DNA from: Eledone cirrhosa
Taxonomy: Eukaryota
Direction: 5' to 3'
Assembly (NCBI GenBank): GCA_964016885.1
Contig: OZ024743.1
Span: 134,664,001 to 134,728,000, forward strand
DNA length: 64,000 bases
The notes below the pieces were generated by a model, which did not search any database, was not told the DNA's origin, and saw nothing but the letters and a program-made list of their open reading frames with translations. Position 1 is the first letter of the stretch; every line of letters begins with the position of its first letter. This document shows positions 11,551-24,720 of the stretch, piece by piece. A program made the translations under genes and the position numbers.

Positions 11551-14500
11551 TGGTGCTTTGTTTTTGCTCTTTGGTGCTTTGTGCTTGGTCTTTGGTGTTT
11601 GGTGCTTGGTGCTTGGTGTTTGGTGCTTTGTGCCTGGTGTTTGGTGTTTGGTGTTTGGTCCTTGGTGCTTGGTGCTTGGTCTCTGGTGCTTGGTGCTTGG
11701 TGTTTGGTGTTTGGTGCTTGGTGCTTGGTGTCTGGTGTTTGGTGTTTGGTGCTTGGTGCTTGGTACTTGGTGTTTTGTGTTTGGTGCTTGGTGCTTGGTG
11801 TTTGGTGCTTGGTGTTTGGTGCTTGGTGTTTGGTGTTTAGTGCTTGGTGCTTGGTATTTGGTGTTTGGTGCTTGGTTCTTGGTGTTTGGTGTTTGGTGCT
11901 TGGTGCTTGGTGTTTGGTGTTTGGTGTTTGGTGCTCGGTGCTTGGTGCTTGGTGTTTCGTGCTTGGTGCTTGGTGTTTGGTCTTTGGTGCTTGGTGCTTG
12001 GTGTTTGGTGCTTGGTGCTTGGTGTTTGGTGTTTGGCGTATGGTGTTTGGTGCTTGGTGCTTGGTGTTTGGTGTTTGCTGTTTGGTGTTTGCTGTTTGGT
12101 GTTTGCTGTTTGGTGTTTGCTGTTTGGTGCTTGGTGCTTGGTGTTTCGTGCATGGTGCTTGGTGCTTGGTGCTTGGTGTTTGGTGCTTGGTGCTTGGTGT
12201 TTGGTGCTTGGGGCTTGGTGCTTGGTGTTTGGTGCTTGGTGTTTGGTGTTTGTTGCTTGGTGCTTGGTGCTTGGTGTTTTGTGCTTGGAGCCTGGTATTT
12301 GGTGTTTGGTGCTTGGTGCTTGGTGTTTGGTGTTTGGTGCTTGGTGCTTGGTGTTTGGTGTTTGGTACTTGGTGCTTGGTGTTTGGTGTTTGGTACTTGG
12401 TGCTTGGTGTTTGGTGCTTGGTGCTTGGTGCTTGGTGTTTGGTGCTTGGTGCTGGGTGTTTGGTGTTTGGTGATTGGTGCTTGGTGTTTGGTGCTTGGGG
12501 TTTGGTGCTTGGTGCTTGGTGATTGGTGTTTGGTGCTTGGTGCTTGGTGTATGGTGTTTGGTGCTTGGAGCTTGGTGTTTGGCGTTTGGTGCTTGGCGCT
12601 TGGTGTTTGGTGCTTGGTGCTTGGTGTTGTTGTTTGGTGCTTGGTGCTTGGTGTTTGGTGCTTGGTGCTTGTTTGCTGTTTGCTGTTTGGTGTTTGCTGT
12701 TTGGTGTTTGCTGTTTGGTGTTTGGTGTTTGGTGTTTGGTGTTTGCTGTTTGGTTCTGGGTGCTTGGTGCTTTGTGTTTGGTGTTTGGTGCTTGGTGCTT
12801 GGTGTTTGGTGCTTGGGGCTTGGTGATTGGTGTTTGGTGCTTGGTGCTTGGTGCTTGGTGCTTGGTGCTTGGTGTTTGGTGCTTGGTGTTCGGTGCTTGG
12901 TGCTTGGTGCTAGGTGTTTGGTGTTTGGTGTTTGGCGCTTGGGGCTTGGTGTTTGGTGATTGGTGCTTGGTGTTTGGTGTTTGGTGCTTGGTGCTTGGTG
13001 TTTGGTGTTTGGTGATTGGTGCTTGGTGCTTGGTGTTTGGTGTTTGGTGCTTGGAGCTTGGTGTTTGGTGTTTGGTTCTTGGTGCTTTGTTCTGGGTGCT
13101 TGGTGCTTGGTGTTTGGTGTTTGGTGCTGGGTGCTTGGTGTTTGATGCTTGGGGCTTGGTGATTGGTGTTTGGTGCTTGGTGCTTGGTGCTTGGTGCTTG
13201 GTGTTTGGTGCTTGGTGTTTGGTGATTGGTGCTTGGTGCTAGGTGTTTGGTGTTTGGTGTTTGTCGCTTGGTGTTTGGTGTTTGGTGATTTGTGCTTGGT
13301 GTTTGGTGTTTGGTGCTTGGTGTTTGGTGTTTGGTGTTTAGTGCTTGGTGCTTGGTTCTTGGTGTTTGGTGCTCGGTGCTTGGTGCTTGGTGTTTGGTGC
13401 TTGGTGCTTGGTTCTGGGTGCTTGGTGCTTGATGTTTGGTGTTTGGTGCTTGGTGCTTGGTGTTTGGTGCTTGGGGCTTGGTGATTGGTGTTTGGTACTT
13501 GGTGTTTGGTGCTTGGTGCTTGGTGCTAGGTGTTTGGTGTTTGGTGCTTGGCGCTTGGTGCTTGGTGTTTGGTGATTGGTGCTTGGTGTTTGGTGTTTGG
13601 TGCTTGGTGCTTGGTGTTTGGTGTTTGGTGCTTGGCGCTTGGTGTTTGGTGTTCGGTGCTTGGCGTTTGCTGTTTGGCGTTTGGGGTTTGGCATTTGCTG
13701 TTTGGCGTATGGGGTTTGGCGTTTGCTTTTTGGCGTTTGCTGTTTGGTGTTTGGTGCTTGGTGTTTGGTGTTTGGTACTTGGTGCTTGGTGTTTGGTGTT
13801 TGGTGCTTGGTGCTTGGTGTTTGGTGTTTGGTGCTTGGCGCTTGGTGTTTGGCGTTTGGGGTTTGGGGTTTGGCGTTTGCTTTTTGGCATTTGCTGTTTG
13901 GTGTTTGGTGTTTGGTGTTTGGTGTTTGGTGTTTGGTGCTTGGTGCTTGGTGTTTGGTGTTTAGAGCTTGGTGCTTGGTTCTTGGTGTTTGGTGCTCGGT
14001 GCTTGGTGCTTGGTGTTTGGTGCTTGGTGCTTGGTTCTGGGTGCTTGGTGCTTGGTGTTTGGTGTTTGGTGCTTGGCGCTTGGTGTTTGGTGCTTGGGGC
14101 TTGGTGATTGGTGTTTGGTACTTGGTGTTTGGTGCTTGGTGCTTGGTGCTAGGTGTTTGGTGTTTGGTGCTTGGCGCTTGGTGCTTGGTGTTTGGTGATT
14201 GGTGCTTGGTGTTTGGTGTTTGGTGCTTGGTGCTTGGTGTTTGGTGTTTGGTGCTTGGCGCTTGGTGTTTGGTGTTTGGTGCTTGGCGTTTGCTGTTTGG
14301 CGTTTGGGGTTTGGCATTTGCTGTTTGGCGTATGGGGTTTGGCGTTTGCTTTTTGGCGTTTGCTGTTTGGTGTTTGGTGCTTGGTGTTTGGTGTTTGGTA
14401 CTTGGTGCTTGGTGTTTGGTGTTTGGTGCTTGGTGCTTGGTGCTTGGTGTTTGGTGTTTGGTGCTTGGCACTTGGTTTTTGGCGTTTGGCGCTTGGCGTT

Positions 14501-17500
14501 TGCTGTTTGGCGTTTGGGGTTTGGCATTTGCTGTTTGGCGTTTGGGGTCTGGCGTTTGCTTTTTGGCATTTGCTGTTTGGTGTTTGGTGTTTGGTGTTTG
14601 CTGTTTGGTGTTTGCTGTTTGGTGTTTGCTGTTTGGTGTTTGGTGTTTGGTGTTTGCTTGTTGGTGTTTGGTGTTTGGTGTTTGCTGTTTGGTGTTTGCT
14701 GTTTGGTGCTTGGTGCTTGGTGTTTGGTGCATGGTGCTTGGTGCTCCGTGCTTGGTGTTTGGTGCTTGGTGCTTGGTGTTTGGTGCTTGGGGCTTGGTGC
14801 TTGGTGTTTGGTGTTTGGTGTTTGGTGCTTGGTGCTTGGTGTTTGGTGTTTGGTGCTTGGTGTTTGCTGTTTGGTGCTTGGTGCTTGGTGTATGGTGCTT
14901 GGTGCTTGGTGCTTGGTGCTTGGTGCTTGGTGTTTGGTGCTTGGTGTTTGGTGTTTAGTGCTTGGTGCTTGGTGTTTGGTGTTTGGTGCTTGGTGCTTGG
15001 TGCTTGGTGTTTGGTGTTTGGTGCTTGGTGATTCGTGATTGGTGTTTGATGTTTGGTGTTTGGTGTTTTGTGATTCGTGATTGGTGTTTGATGTTTGGTG
15101 TTTGGTGTTGGGTGTTTGGTGCTTGGGGCTTCGTGTTTGCTCTTTGGTGCTTGGTGATTGGTGTTTGGTGTTGGGTGCTTGGTGCTTGGTGTTTGTTGCT
15201 TGGTGCTTGGTGCTTGGTGCTTGGTGCTTGGTGCTTTGTGTTTATTGCTTGGTGCTTGGTGCTTGGCGATTGGTGCTTCGTGCTTGGTGTTTGATGTGTG
15301 GTGCTTGGTGTTTGGTGTTTGGTATTTGATGCTTGGTGCTTCGTGCTTGGTGTTTGGTGTTTGGTGCTTGGTGCTTGGTGTTTGATGCTTGGGATTTGGT
15401 GCTTGGTGCTTGGTGTTTGGTGTTTGGTGTTTGGTACTTGGTGCTTGGTGTTTGGTGTTTGGTGCTTGGTGCTTGGTGTTTGGTGTTTAGTGATTGGTGC
15501 TTGGTTCTTGATGTTTGGTGCTTGGTGGTTGGTGATTGGTGTTTGGTGCTTGGTGCTTGGTATTTGGTGCTTGGTCTTTGGTGCTTGGTGTTTGGTGCTT
15601 GGTGCTTGGTGCTTGGTGTTTGGTGCTTGGTGCTTGGCGTTTGGTGCATGGTGCTTGGTGCTTGCTGTTTGGTGCTTGGTGCTTGGTGCTTGGTGTTTGG
15701 TGTTTAGTGCTTGGTGCTTGGTGATTGGTGCTTGTTGCTTGGTGCTTGGTGTTTGGTGCTTGGTGCTTGGTGTTTGGTGTTTGGTGTTTGCTGTTTGCTG
15801 TCTGGTGTTTGCTGTTTGGTGTTTGCTGTTTGGTGTTTGCTGTTTGGTGTTTGCTATTTGGTGTTTGGTGTTTGGTGTTTGCTGTTTGGTGTTTACTGCT
15901 TGGTGTTTGCTGTTTGCTGTTTGTTTGGTGTTTGCTGTTTGGTGTTTGGTGTTTGGTGTTTGCTGTTTGGTGTTTGGTGTTTGGTGTTTGCTGTTTGGTG
16001 TTTGGTGTTTACTGTTTGGTGTTTGGTGTTTGGTGTTTGGTGATTGGTGTTTGCTGTTTGGTGTTTGGTGTTTGGTGGTTGGTGTTTGCTGTTTGGTGTT
16101 TGGTGCTTGGTGTTTGGTGTTTGGTGATTGGTGCTTGGTGTTTCGTGCTTGGTGCTTGGTGCTTGGTGTTTGGCGCTTGGTGCTTGGTGTTTGGTGTTTG
16201 GTGCTTGGTGTTTGGTGCTTGGTGCTTGGTGTTTTGTGCTTGGTGCTTCGTGCTTGGTGTTTGGTGTTTGGTGCTTGGTGTTTGGTGTTTGCTGTTTGGT
16301 GTTTGCTGTTTGGTGTTCGCTGTTTGGTGTTTGGTGTTTGCTGTTTGGTGTTTGGTGTTTGAGGTTTGGTGTTTGCTATTTGGTGTTTGTGTTTGGCGTT
16401 TGATGTTTGGCGTTTGTTGTTTGTTGTTTGCTATTTGGTGTTTGATGTTTGGTGTTTGGTGTTTGGTGTTTGCTGTTTGATGTTTGGTGATTGGTGTTTG
16501 ATGTTTGGTGTTTGGTGCTTGGTGCTTGGTGCTTGGTGCTTAGTGTTTTATGTTTAGCGCTTGGTGCTTGGTGTTTTGTGCTTGGTGCTTGGTGCTTGGT
16601 GTTTGGAGTTTGGTGCTTGGTGTTTGGTGTTTGGTGTTTGCTGTTTGCTGTTTGCTGTTTGGTGTTTGCTGTTTGGAGTTCGCTGTTTGGTGTTTGGTGT
16701 TTGCTGTTTGGTGTTTGGTGTTTGCGTTTTGGTGTTTGCTATTTGGCGTTTGGTGTTTGGCGTTTGATGTTTGGCGTTTGTTGTTTGTTGTTTGCTGTTT
16801 GGTGTTTGATGTTTGGTGTTTGGTGTTTGGTGTTTGCTGTTTGATGTTTGGTGATTGCTGTTTGATGTTTGGTGTTTGGTGCTTGGTGCTTGGTGTTTTG
16901 TGCTTGGTGTTTGGTGCTTGGGGTTTGGTGCTTGGTGTTTTTTTTTTTTTGGTGCTTGGAGCTTGGTGTTTGGTGTTTGGTGCTTGGTGCTTGGTGTTTG
17001 GTGCTTGGTGCTTGGTGTTGGTGTTTGGTGCTTGGTGCTTGGTGCTTGGTGTTTGGTGTTTGCTGTTTGCTGTTTGCTGTTTGCTGTTTGCTGTTTGTTG
17101 TTTGCTGTTTGGTGTTTTGTGTTTACTGTTTGGTGTTTGGAGTTTGCCCTTTGGTGTTTGCTATTTGGTGTTTGGTGTTTGCTGTTTGGTGTTTGGTGTT
17201 TGGTGTTTGGTGCTTGGTGCTTTGTTTTTGCTCTTTGGTGCTTTGTGCTTGGTCTTTGGTGTTTGGTGCTTGGTGCTTGGTGTTTGGTGCTTTGTGCCTG
17301 GTGTTTGGTGTTTGGTGTTTGGTCCTTGGTGCTTGGTGCTTGGTCTCTGGTGCTTGGTGCTTGGTGTTTGGTGTTTGGTGCTTGGTGCTTGGTGTTTGGT
17401 GTTTGGTGTTTGGTGCTTGGTGCTTGGTACTTGGTGTTTTGTGTTTGGTGCTTGGTGCTTGGTGCTTGGTGGTTGGTGCTTGGTGTTTGGTGTTTAGTGC

Positions 17501-20500
17501 TTGGTGCTTGGTGTTTGGTGCTTGGTGCTTGGTGTTTGGTGTTTGGCGTATGGTGTTTGGTGCTTGGTGCTTGGTGTTTGGTGTTTGCTGTTTGGTGTTT
17601 GCTGTTTGGTGTTTGCTGTTTGGTGTTTGCTGTTTGGTGCTTGGTGCTTGGTGTTTGGTGCATGGTGCTTGGTGCTTGGTGCTTGGTGTTTGGTGCTTGG
17701 TGCTTGGTGTTTGGTGCTTGGGGCTTGGTGCTTGGTGTTTGGTGCTTGGTGTTTGGTGTTTGTTGCTTGGTGCTTGGTGCTTGGTGTTTTGTGCTTGGAG
17801 CCTGGTGTTTGGTGTTTGGTGCTTGGTGCTTGGTGTTTGGTGTTTGGTACTTGGTGCTTGGTGTTTGGTGTTTGGTACTTGGTGCTTGGTGTTTGGTGCT
17901 TGGTGCTTGGTGCTTGGTGTTTGGTGCTTGGTGCTGGGTGTTTGGTGTTTGGTGATTGGTGCTTGGTGTTTGGTGCTTGGGGTTTGGTGCTTGGTGCTTG
18001 GTGATTGGTGTTTGGTGCTTGGTGCTTGGTGTATGGTGTTTGGTGCTTGGAGCTTGGTGTTTGGTGTTTGGTGCTTGGCGCTTGGTGTTTGGTGCTTGGT
18101 GCTTGGTGTTGTTGTTTGGTGCTTGGTGCTTGGTGTTTGGTGCTTGGTGTTTGTTTGCTGTTTGCTGTTTGGTGTTTGCTGTTTGGTGTTTGCTGTTTGG
18201 TGTTTGGTGTTTGCTGTTTGGTGTTTGCTGTTTGGTTCTGGGTGCTTGGTGCTTGGTGTTTGGTGTTTGGTGCTTGGTGCTTGGTGTTTGGTGCTTGGGG
18301 CTTGGTGATTGGTGTTTGGTGCTTGGTGCTTGGTGCTTGGTGCTTGGTGCTTGGTGTTTGGTGCTTGGTGTTCGGTGCTTGGTGCTTGGTGCTAGGTGTT
18401 TGGTGTTTGGTGTTTGGCGCTTGGGGCTTGGTGTTTGGTGATTGGTGCTTGGTGTTTGGTGTTTGGTGCTTGGTGCTTGGTGTTTGGTGTTTGGTGCTTG
18501 GTGCTTGGTGCTTGGTGTTTGGTGTTTGGTGCTTGGAGCTTGGTGTTTGGTGTTTGGTGCTTGGTGCTTTGTTCTGGGTGCTTGGTGCTTGGTGTCTGGT
18601 GTTTGGTGCTGGGTGCTTGGTGTTTGATGCTTGGGGCTTGGTGATTGGTGTTTGGTGCTTGGTGCTTGGTGCTTGGTGCTTGGTGCTTGGTGCTTGGTGT
18701 TTGGTGCTTGGTGTTTGGTGCTTGGTGCTTGGTGCTATGTGTTTGGTGTTTGGTGTTTGGCGCTTGGTGTTTGGTGTTTGGTGATTTGTGCTTGGTGTTT
18801 GGTGTTTGGTGCTTGGTGCTTGGTGTTTGGTGTTTGGTGCTTGGCGCTTGGTGTTTGGTGTTTGGTGCTGGGCGTTTGCTGTTAGGCGTTTGGGGTTTGG
18901 CATTTGCTTTTTTGCGTTTGCTGTTTAGTGTTTGGTGCTTGGTGTTTGGTGTTTGGTACTTGGTGCTTGGTGTTTGGTGTTTGGTGCTTGGTGCTTGGTG
19001 TTTGGTGATTGGTGCTTGGTGTTTGGTGCTTGGGATTTGGTGCTTGGTGCTTGGTGTTTGGTGTTTGGAGTTTGCTGTTTGCTGTTTGCTGTTTGGTGTT
19101 TTGTGTTTGCTGTTTGGTGCTTGGAGTTTGCTCTTTGGTTTTTGCTATTTGGTGTTTGGTGTTTGCTGTTTGGTGTTTGGTGTTTGGTGTTTGGTGTTTG
19201 GTGCTTGGTGTTTGGTCTTTGGTGCTTGGTGTTTTGTTTTTGCTCTTTGGTGATTTGGGCTTGGTGTTTGGTGTTTGGTGTTTGGTGCTTGGTGCTTGGT
19301 GCTTTGTGTTTTTGCTTGGTGCTTGGTGATTGGTGCTTGGTGCCTGGTGTTTGGTGTTTGGTGTTTCGTGCTTGGTGCTTGGTGTTTGGTGTGTGGTACT
19401 TGGTGCTTGGTGTTTGGTGCTTGGTGCTTGGTGCTTGGTGCTTGGTGCTTGGTGTTTGGTGCTTGGTGCTTGGTTCTTGGTGTTCGGTGTTTGGTGATTG
19501 GTGCTTGGTGTTTGGTGCTTGGGGTTTGGTGCTTGGTGTTTGGTGTTTGGTGCTTGGTGCTTTGTTCTGGGTGCTTGGTGCTTGGTGTTTGGTGTTTGGT
19601 GCTGGGTGCTTGGTGTTTGATGCTTGGGGCTTGGTGATTGGTGTTTGGTGCTTGGTGCTTGGTGCTTGGTGCTTGGTGTTTGGTGCTTGGTGTTTGGTGC
19701 TTGGTGCTTGGTGCTAGGTGTTTGGTGTTTGGTGTTTGGCGCTTGGTGTTTGGTGTTTGGTGATTTGTGCTTGGTGTTTGGTGTTTGGTGCTTGGTGCTT
19801 GGTGTTTGGTGTTTGGTGCTTGGCGCTTGGTGTTTGGTGTTTGGTGTTTAGTGCTTGGTGCTTGGTTCTTGGTGTTTGGTGCTCGGTGCTTGGTGCTTGG
19901 TGTTTGGTGCTTGGTGCTTGGTTCTGGGTGCTTGGTGCTTGGTGTTTGGTGTTTGGTGCTTGGTGCTTGGTGTTTGGTGCTTGGGACTTGGTTATTGGTG
20001 TTTGGTACTTGGTGTTTGGTGCTTGGTGCTTGGTGCTAGGTGTTTGGTGTTTGGTGCTTGGCGCTTGGTGCTTGGTGTTTGGTGATTGGTGCTTGGTGTT
20101 TGGTGTTTGGTGCTTGGTGCTTGGTGTTTGGTGTTTGGTGCTTGGCGCTTGGTGTTTGGTGTTCGGTGCTTGGCGTTTGCTGTTTGGCGTTTGGGGTTTG
20201 GCATTTGCTGTTTGGCGTATGGGGTTTGGCGTTTTCTTTTTGGCGTTTGCTGTTTGGTGTTTGGTGCTTGGTGTTTGGTGTTTGGTACTTGGTGCTTGGT
20301 GTTTGGTGTTTGGTGCTTGGTGCTTGGTGTTTGGTGTTTGGTGCTTGGCGCTTGGTGTTTGGCGTTTGGCGCTTGGCGTTTGCTGTTTGACGTTTGGGGT
20401 TTGGGGTTTGGCGTTTGCTTTTTGGCATTTGCTGTTCGGTGTTTGGTGTTTGGTGTTTGGTGTTTAGAGCTTGGTGCTTGGTTCTTGGTGTTTGGTGCTC

Positions 20501-21310
20501 GGTGCTTGGTGCTTGGTGTTTGGTGCTTGGTGCTTGGTTCTGGGTGCTTGGTGCTTGGTGTTTGGTGTTTGGTGCTTGGCGCTTGGTGTTTGGTGCTTGG
20601 GGCTTGGTGATTGGTGTTTGGTACTTGGTGTTTGGTGCTTGGTGCTTGGTGCTAGGTGTTTGGTGTTTGGTGATTGGCGCTTGGTGCTTGGTGTTTGGTG
20701 ATTGGTGCTTGGTGTTTGGTGTTTGGTGCTTGGTGCTTGGTGTTTGGTGTTTGGTGCTTGGCGCTTGGTGTTTGGTGTTTGGTGCTTGGCACTTGGTGTT
20801 TGGCGTTTGGCGCTTGGCGTTTGCTGTTTGGCGTTTGGGGTTTGGCATTTGCTGTTTGGCGTTTGGGGTTTGGCGTTTGCTTTTTGGCATTTGCTGTTTG
20901 GTGTTTGGTGTTTGGTGTTTGCTGTTTGGTGTTTGCTGTTTGGTGTTTGCTGTTTGGTGTTTGGTGTTTGGTGTTTGCTGGTTGGTGTTTGGTGTTTGGT
21001 GTTTGCTGTTTGGTGTTTGCTGTTTGGTGCTTGGTGCTTGGTGTTTGGTGCATGGTGCTTGGTGCTTCGTGCTTGGTGTTTGGTGCTTGGTGCTTGGTGT
21101 TTGGTGCTTGGGGCTTGGTGCTTGGTGTTTGGTGTTTGGTGTTTGGTGCTTGGTGCTTGGTGTTTGGTGTTTGGTGCTTGGTGTTTGCTGTTTGGTGCTT
21201 GGTGCTTGGTGTTTGGTGCTTGGTGCTTGGTGCTTGGTGCTTGGTGCTTGGTGCTTGGTGCTTGGTGCTTGGTGCTTGGTGCTTGGTGCTTGGTGTTTGG
21301 TGTTTAGTGC
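11550..21310 (+). repeat. ~10.5-kb-offset duplicate of ~1075-10880
   Basis: Offsets are 10476 (1368/11844), 10504 (2406/12910, 3457/13961, 4458/14962, 5207/15711), 10567 (5983/16550), 10496 (7460/17956), 10503 (8429/18932) and 10559 (9912/20471). Confidence 0.85.
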
Positions 21311-24300
21311 TTGGTGCTTGGTGTTGTTGTTTGGTGCTTGGTGCTTGGTGTTTGGTGCTTGGTGTTTGTTTGCTGTTTGCTGTTTGGTGTTTGCTGTTTG
21401 GTGTTTGCTGTTTGGTGTTTGGTGTTTGCTGTTTGGTGTTTGCTGTTTGGTTCTGGGTGCTTGGTGCTTGGTGTTTGGTGTTTGGTGCTTGGTGCTTGGT
21501 GTTTGGTGCTTGGGGCTTGGTGATTGGTGTTTGGTGCTTGGTGCTTGGTGCTTGGTGCTTGGTGCTTGGTGTTTGGTGCTTGGTGTTCGGTGCTTGGTGC
21601 TTGGTGCTAGGTGTTTGGTGTTTGGTGTTTGGCGCTTGGGGCTTGGTGTTTGGTGATTGGTGCTTGGTGTTTGGTGTTTGGTGCTTGGTGCTTGGTGTTT
21701 GGTGTTTGGTGCTTGGTGCTTGGTGCTTGGTGTTTGGTGTTTGGTGCTTGGAGCTTGGTGTTTGGTGTTTGGTGCTTGGTGCTTTGTTCTGGGTGCTTGG
21801 TGCTTGGTGTCTGGTGTTTGGTGCTGGGTGCTTGGTGTTTGATGCTTGGGGCTTGGTGATTGGTGTTTGGTGCTTGGTGCTTGGTGCTTGGTGCTTGGTG
21901 CTTGGTGTTTGGTGCTTGGTGTTTGGTGCTTGGTGCTTGGTGCTAGGTGTTTGGTGTTTGGTGTTTGGCGCTTGGTGTTTGGTGTTTGGTGATTTGTGCT
22001 TGGTGTTTGGTGTTTGGTGCTTGGTGCTTGGTGTTTGGTGTTTGGTGCTTGGCGCTTGGTGTTTGGTGTTTGGTGCTGGGCGTTTGCTGTTAGGCGTTGT
22101 TTGGGGTTTGGCATTTGCTTTTTTGCGTTTGCTGTTTAGTGTTTGGTGCTTGGTGTTTGGTGTTTGGTACTTGGTGCTTGGTGTTTGGTGTTTGGTGCTT
22201 GGTGCTTGGTGTTTGGTGATTGGTGCTTGGTGTTTGGTGCTTGGGATTTGGTGCTTGGTGCTTGGTGTTTGGTGTTTGGAGTTTGCTGTTTGCTGTTTGC
22301 TGTTTGGTGTTTTGTGTTTGCTGTTTGGTGCTTGGAGTTTGCTCTTTGGTTTTTGCTATTTGGTGTTTGGTGTTTGCTGTTTGGTGTTTGGTGTTTGGTG
22401 TTTGGTGTTTGGTGTTTGGTGCTTGGTGTTTGGTCTTTGGTGCTTGGTGTTTTGTTTTTGCTCTTTGGTGATTTGGGCTTGGTGTTTGGTGTTTGGTGTT
22501 TGGTGCTTGGTGCTTGGTGCTTTGTGTTTTTGCTTGGTGCTTGGTGATTGGTGCTTGGTGCCTGGTGTTTGGTGTTTGGTGTTTGGTGCTTGGTGCTTGG
22601 TGTTTGGTGTGTGGTACTTGGTGCTTGGTGTTTGGTGCTTGGTGCTTGGTGCTTGGTGCTTGGTGCTTGGTGTTTGGTGCTTGGTGCTTGGTTCTTGGTG
22701 TTCGGTGTTTGGTGATTGGTGCTTGGTGTTTGGTGCTTGGGGTTTGGTGCTTGGTGTTTGGTGTTTGGTGCTTGGTGCTTTGTTCTGGGTGCTTGGTGCT
22801 TGGTGTTTGGTGTTTGGTGCTGGGTGCTTGGTGTTTGATGCTTGGGGCTTGGTGATTGGTGTTTGGTGCTTGGTGCTTGGTGCTTGGTGCTTGGTGTTTG
22901 GTGCTTGGTGTTTGGTGCTTGGTGCTTGGTGCTAGGTGTTTGGTGTTTGGTGTTTGGCGCTTGGTGTTTGGTGTTTGGTGATTTGTGCTTGGTGTTTGGT
23001 GTTTGGTGCTTGGTGCTTGGTGTTTGGTGTTTGGTGCTTGGCGCTTGGTGTTTGGTGTTTGGTGTTTAGTGCTTGGTGCTTGGTTCTTGGTGTTTGGTGC
23101 TCGGTGCTTGGTGCTTGGTGTTTGGTGCTTGGTGCTTGGTTCTGGGTGCTTGGTGCTTGGTGTTTGGTGTTTGGTGCTTGGTGCTTGGTGTTTGGTGCTT
23201 GGGACTTGGTTATTGGTGTTTGGTACTTGGTGTTTGGTGCTTGGTGCTTGGTGCTAGGTGTTTGGTGTTTGGTGCTTGGCGCTTGGTGCTTGGTGTTTGG
23301 TGATTGGTGCTTGGTGTTTGGTGTTTGGTGCTTGGTGCTTGGTGTTTGGTGTTTGGTGCTTGGCGCTTGGTGTTTGGTGTTCGGTGCTTGGCGTTTGCTG
23401 TTTGGCGTTTGGGGTTTGGCATTTGCTGTTTGGCGTATGGGGTTTGGCGTTTTCTTTTTGGCGTTTGCTGTTTGGTGTTTGGTGCTTGGTGTTTGGTGTT
23501 TGGTACTTGGTGCTTGGTGTTTGGTGTTTGGTGCTTGGTGCTTGGTGTTTGGTGTTTGGTGCTTGGCGCTTGGTGTTTGGCGTTTGGCGCTTGGCGTTTG
23601 CTGTTTGACGTTTGGGGTTTGGGGTTTGGCGTTTGCTTTTTGGCATTTGCTGTTCGGTGTTTGGTGTTTGGTGTTTGGTGTTTAGAGCTTGGTGCTTGGT
23701 TCTTGGTGTTTGGTGCTCGGTGCTTGGTGCTTGGTGTTTGGTGCTTGGTGCTTGGTTCTGGGTGCTTGGTGCTTGGTGTTTGGTGTTTGGTGCTTGGCGC
23801 TTGGTGTTTGGTGCTTGGGGCTTGGTGATTGGTGTTTGGTACTTGGTGTTTGGTGCTTGGTGCTTGGTGCTAGGTGTTTGGTGTTTGGTGATTGGCGCTT
23901 GGTGCTTGGTGTTTGGTGATTGGTGCTTGGTGTTTGGTGTTTGGTGGTTGGTGCTTGGTGTTTGGTGTTTGGTGCTTGGCGCTTGGTGTTTGGTGTTTGG
24001 TGCTTGGCGTTTGCTGTTTGGCGTTTGGGGTTTGGCATTTGCTGTTTGGCGTATGGGGTTTGGCGTTTGCTTTTTGGCGTTTGCTGTTTGGTGTTTGGTG
24101 CTTGGTGTTTGGTGTTTGGTACTTGGTGCTTGGTGTTTGGTGTTTGGTGCTTGGTGCTTGGTGCTTGGTGTTTGGTGTTTGGTGCTTGGCACTTGGTGTT
24201 TGGCGTTTGGCGCTTGGCGTTTGCTGTTTGGCGTTTGGGGTTTGGCATTTGCTGTTTGGCGTTTGGGGTTTGGCGTTTGCTTTTTGGCATTTGCTGTTTG

Positions 24301-24720
24301 GTGTTTGGTGTTTGGTGTTTGCTGTTTGGTGTTTGCTGTTTGGTGTTTGCTGTTTGGTGTTTGGTGTTTGGTGTTTGCTGGTTGGTGTTTGGTGTTTGGT
24401 GTTTGCTGTTTGGTGTTTGCTGTTTGGTGCTTGGTGCTTGGTGTTTGGTGCATGGTGCTTGGTGCTTCGTGCTTGGTGTTTGGTGCTTGGTGCTTGGTGT
24501 TTGGTGCTTGGGGCTTGGTGCTTGGTGTTTGGTGTTTGGTGTTTGGTGCTTGGTGCTTGGTGTTTGGTGTTTGGTGCTTGGTGTTTGCTGTTTGGTGCTT
24601 GGTGCTTGGTGTTTGGTGCTTGGTGCTTGGTGCTTGGTGCTTGGTGCTTGGTGCTTGGTGCTTGGTGCTTGGTGCTTGGTGCTTGGTGCTTGGTGCTTGG
24701 TGCTTGGTGTTTGGTGTTTA
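18100..24720 (+). repeat. ~3.2-kb tandem duplication (~18100-21310 / ~21315-24720)
   Basis: Offsets are 3215 (18396/21611), then 3218 (19275/22493, 19718/22936, 20471/23689). The copies share private variants TTGGTTA (~19988/23206) and TTGACGT (~20386/23604). Confidence 0.85.
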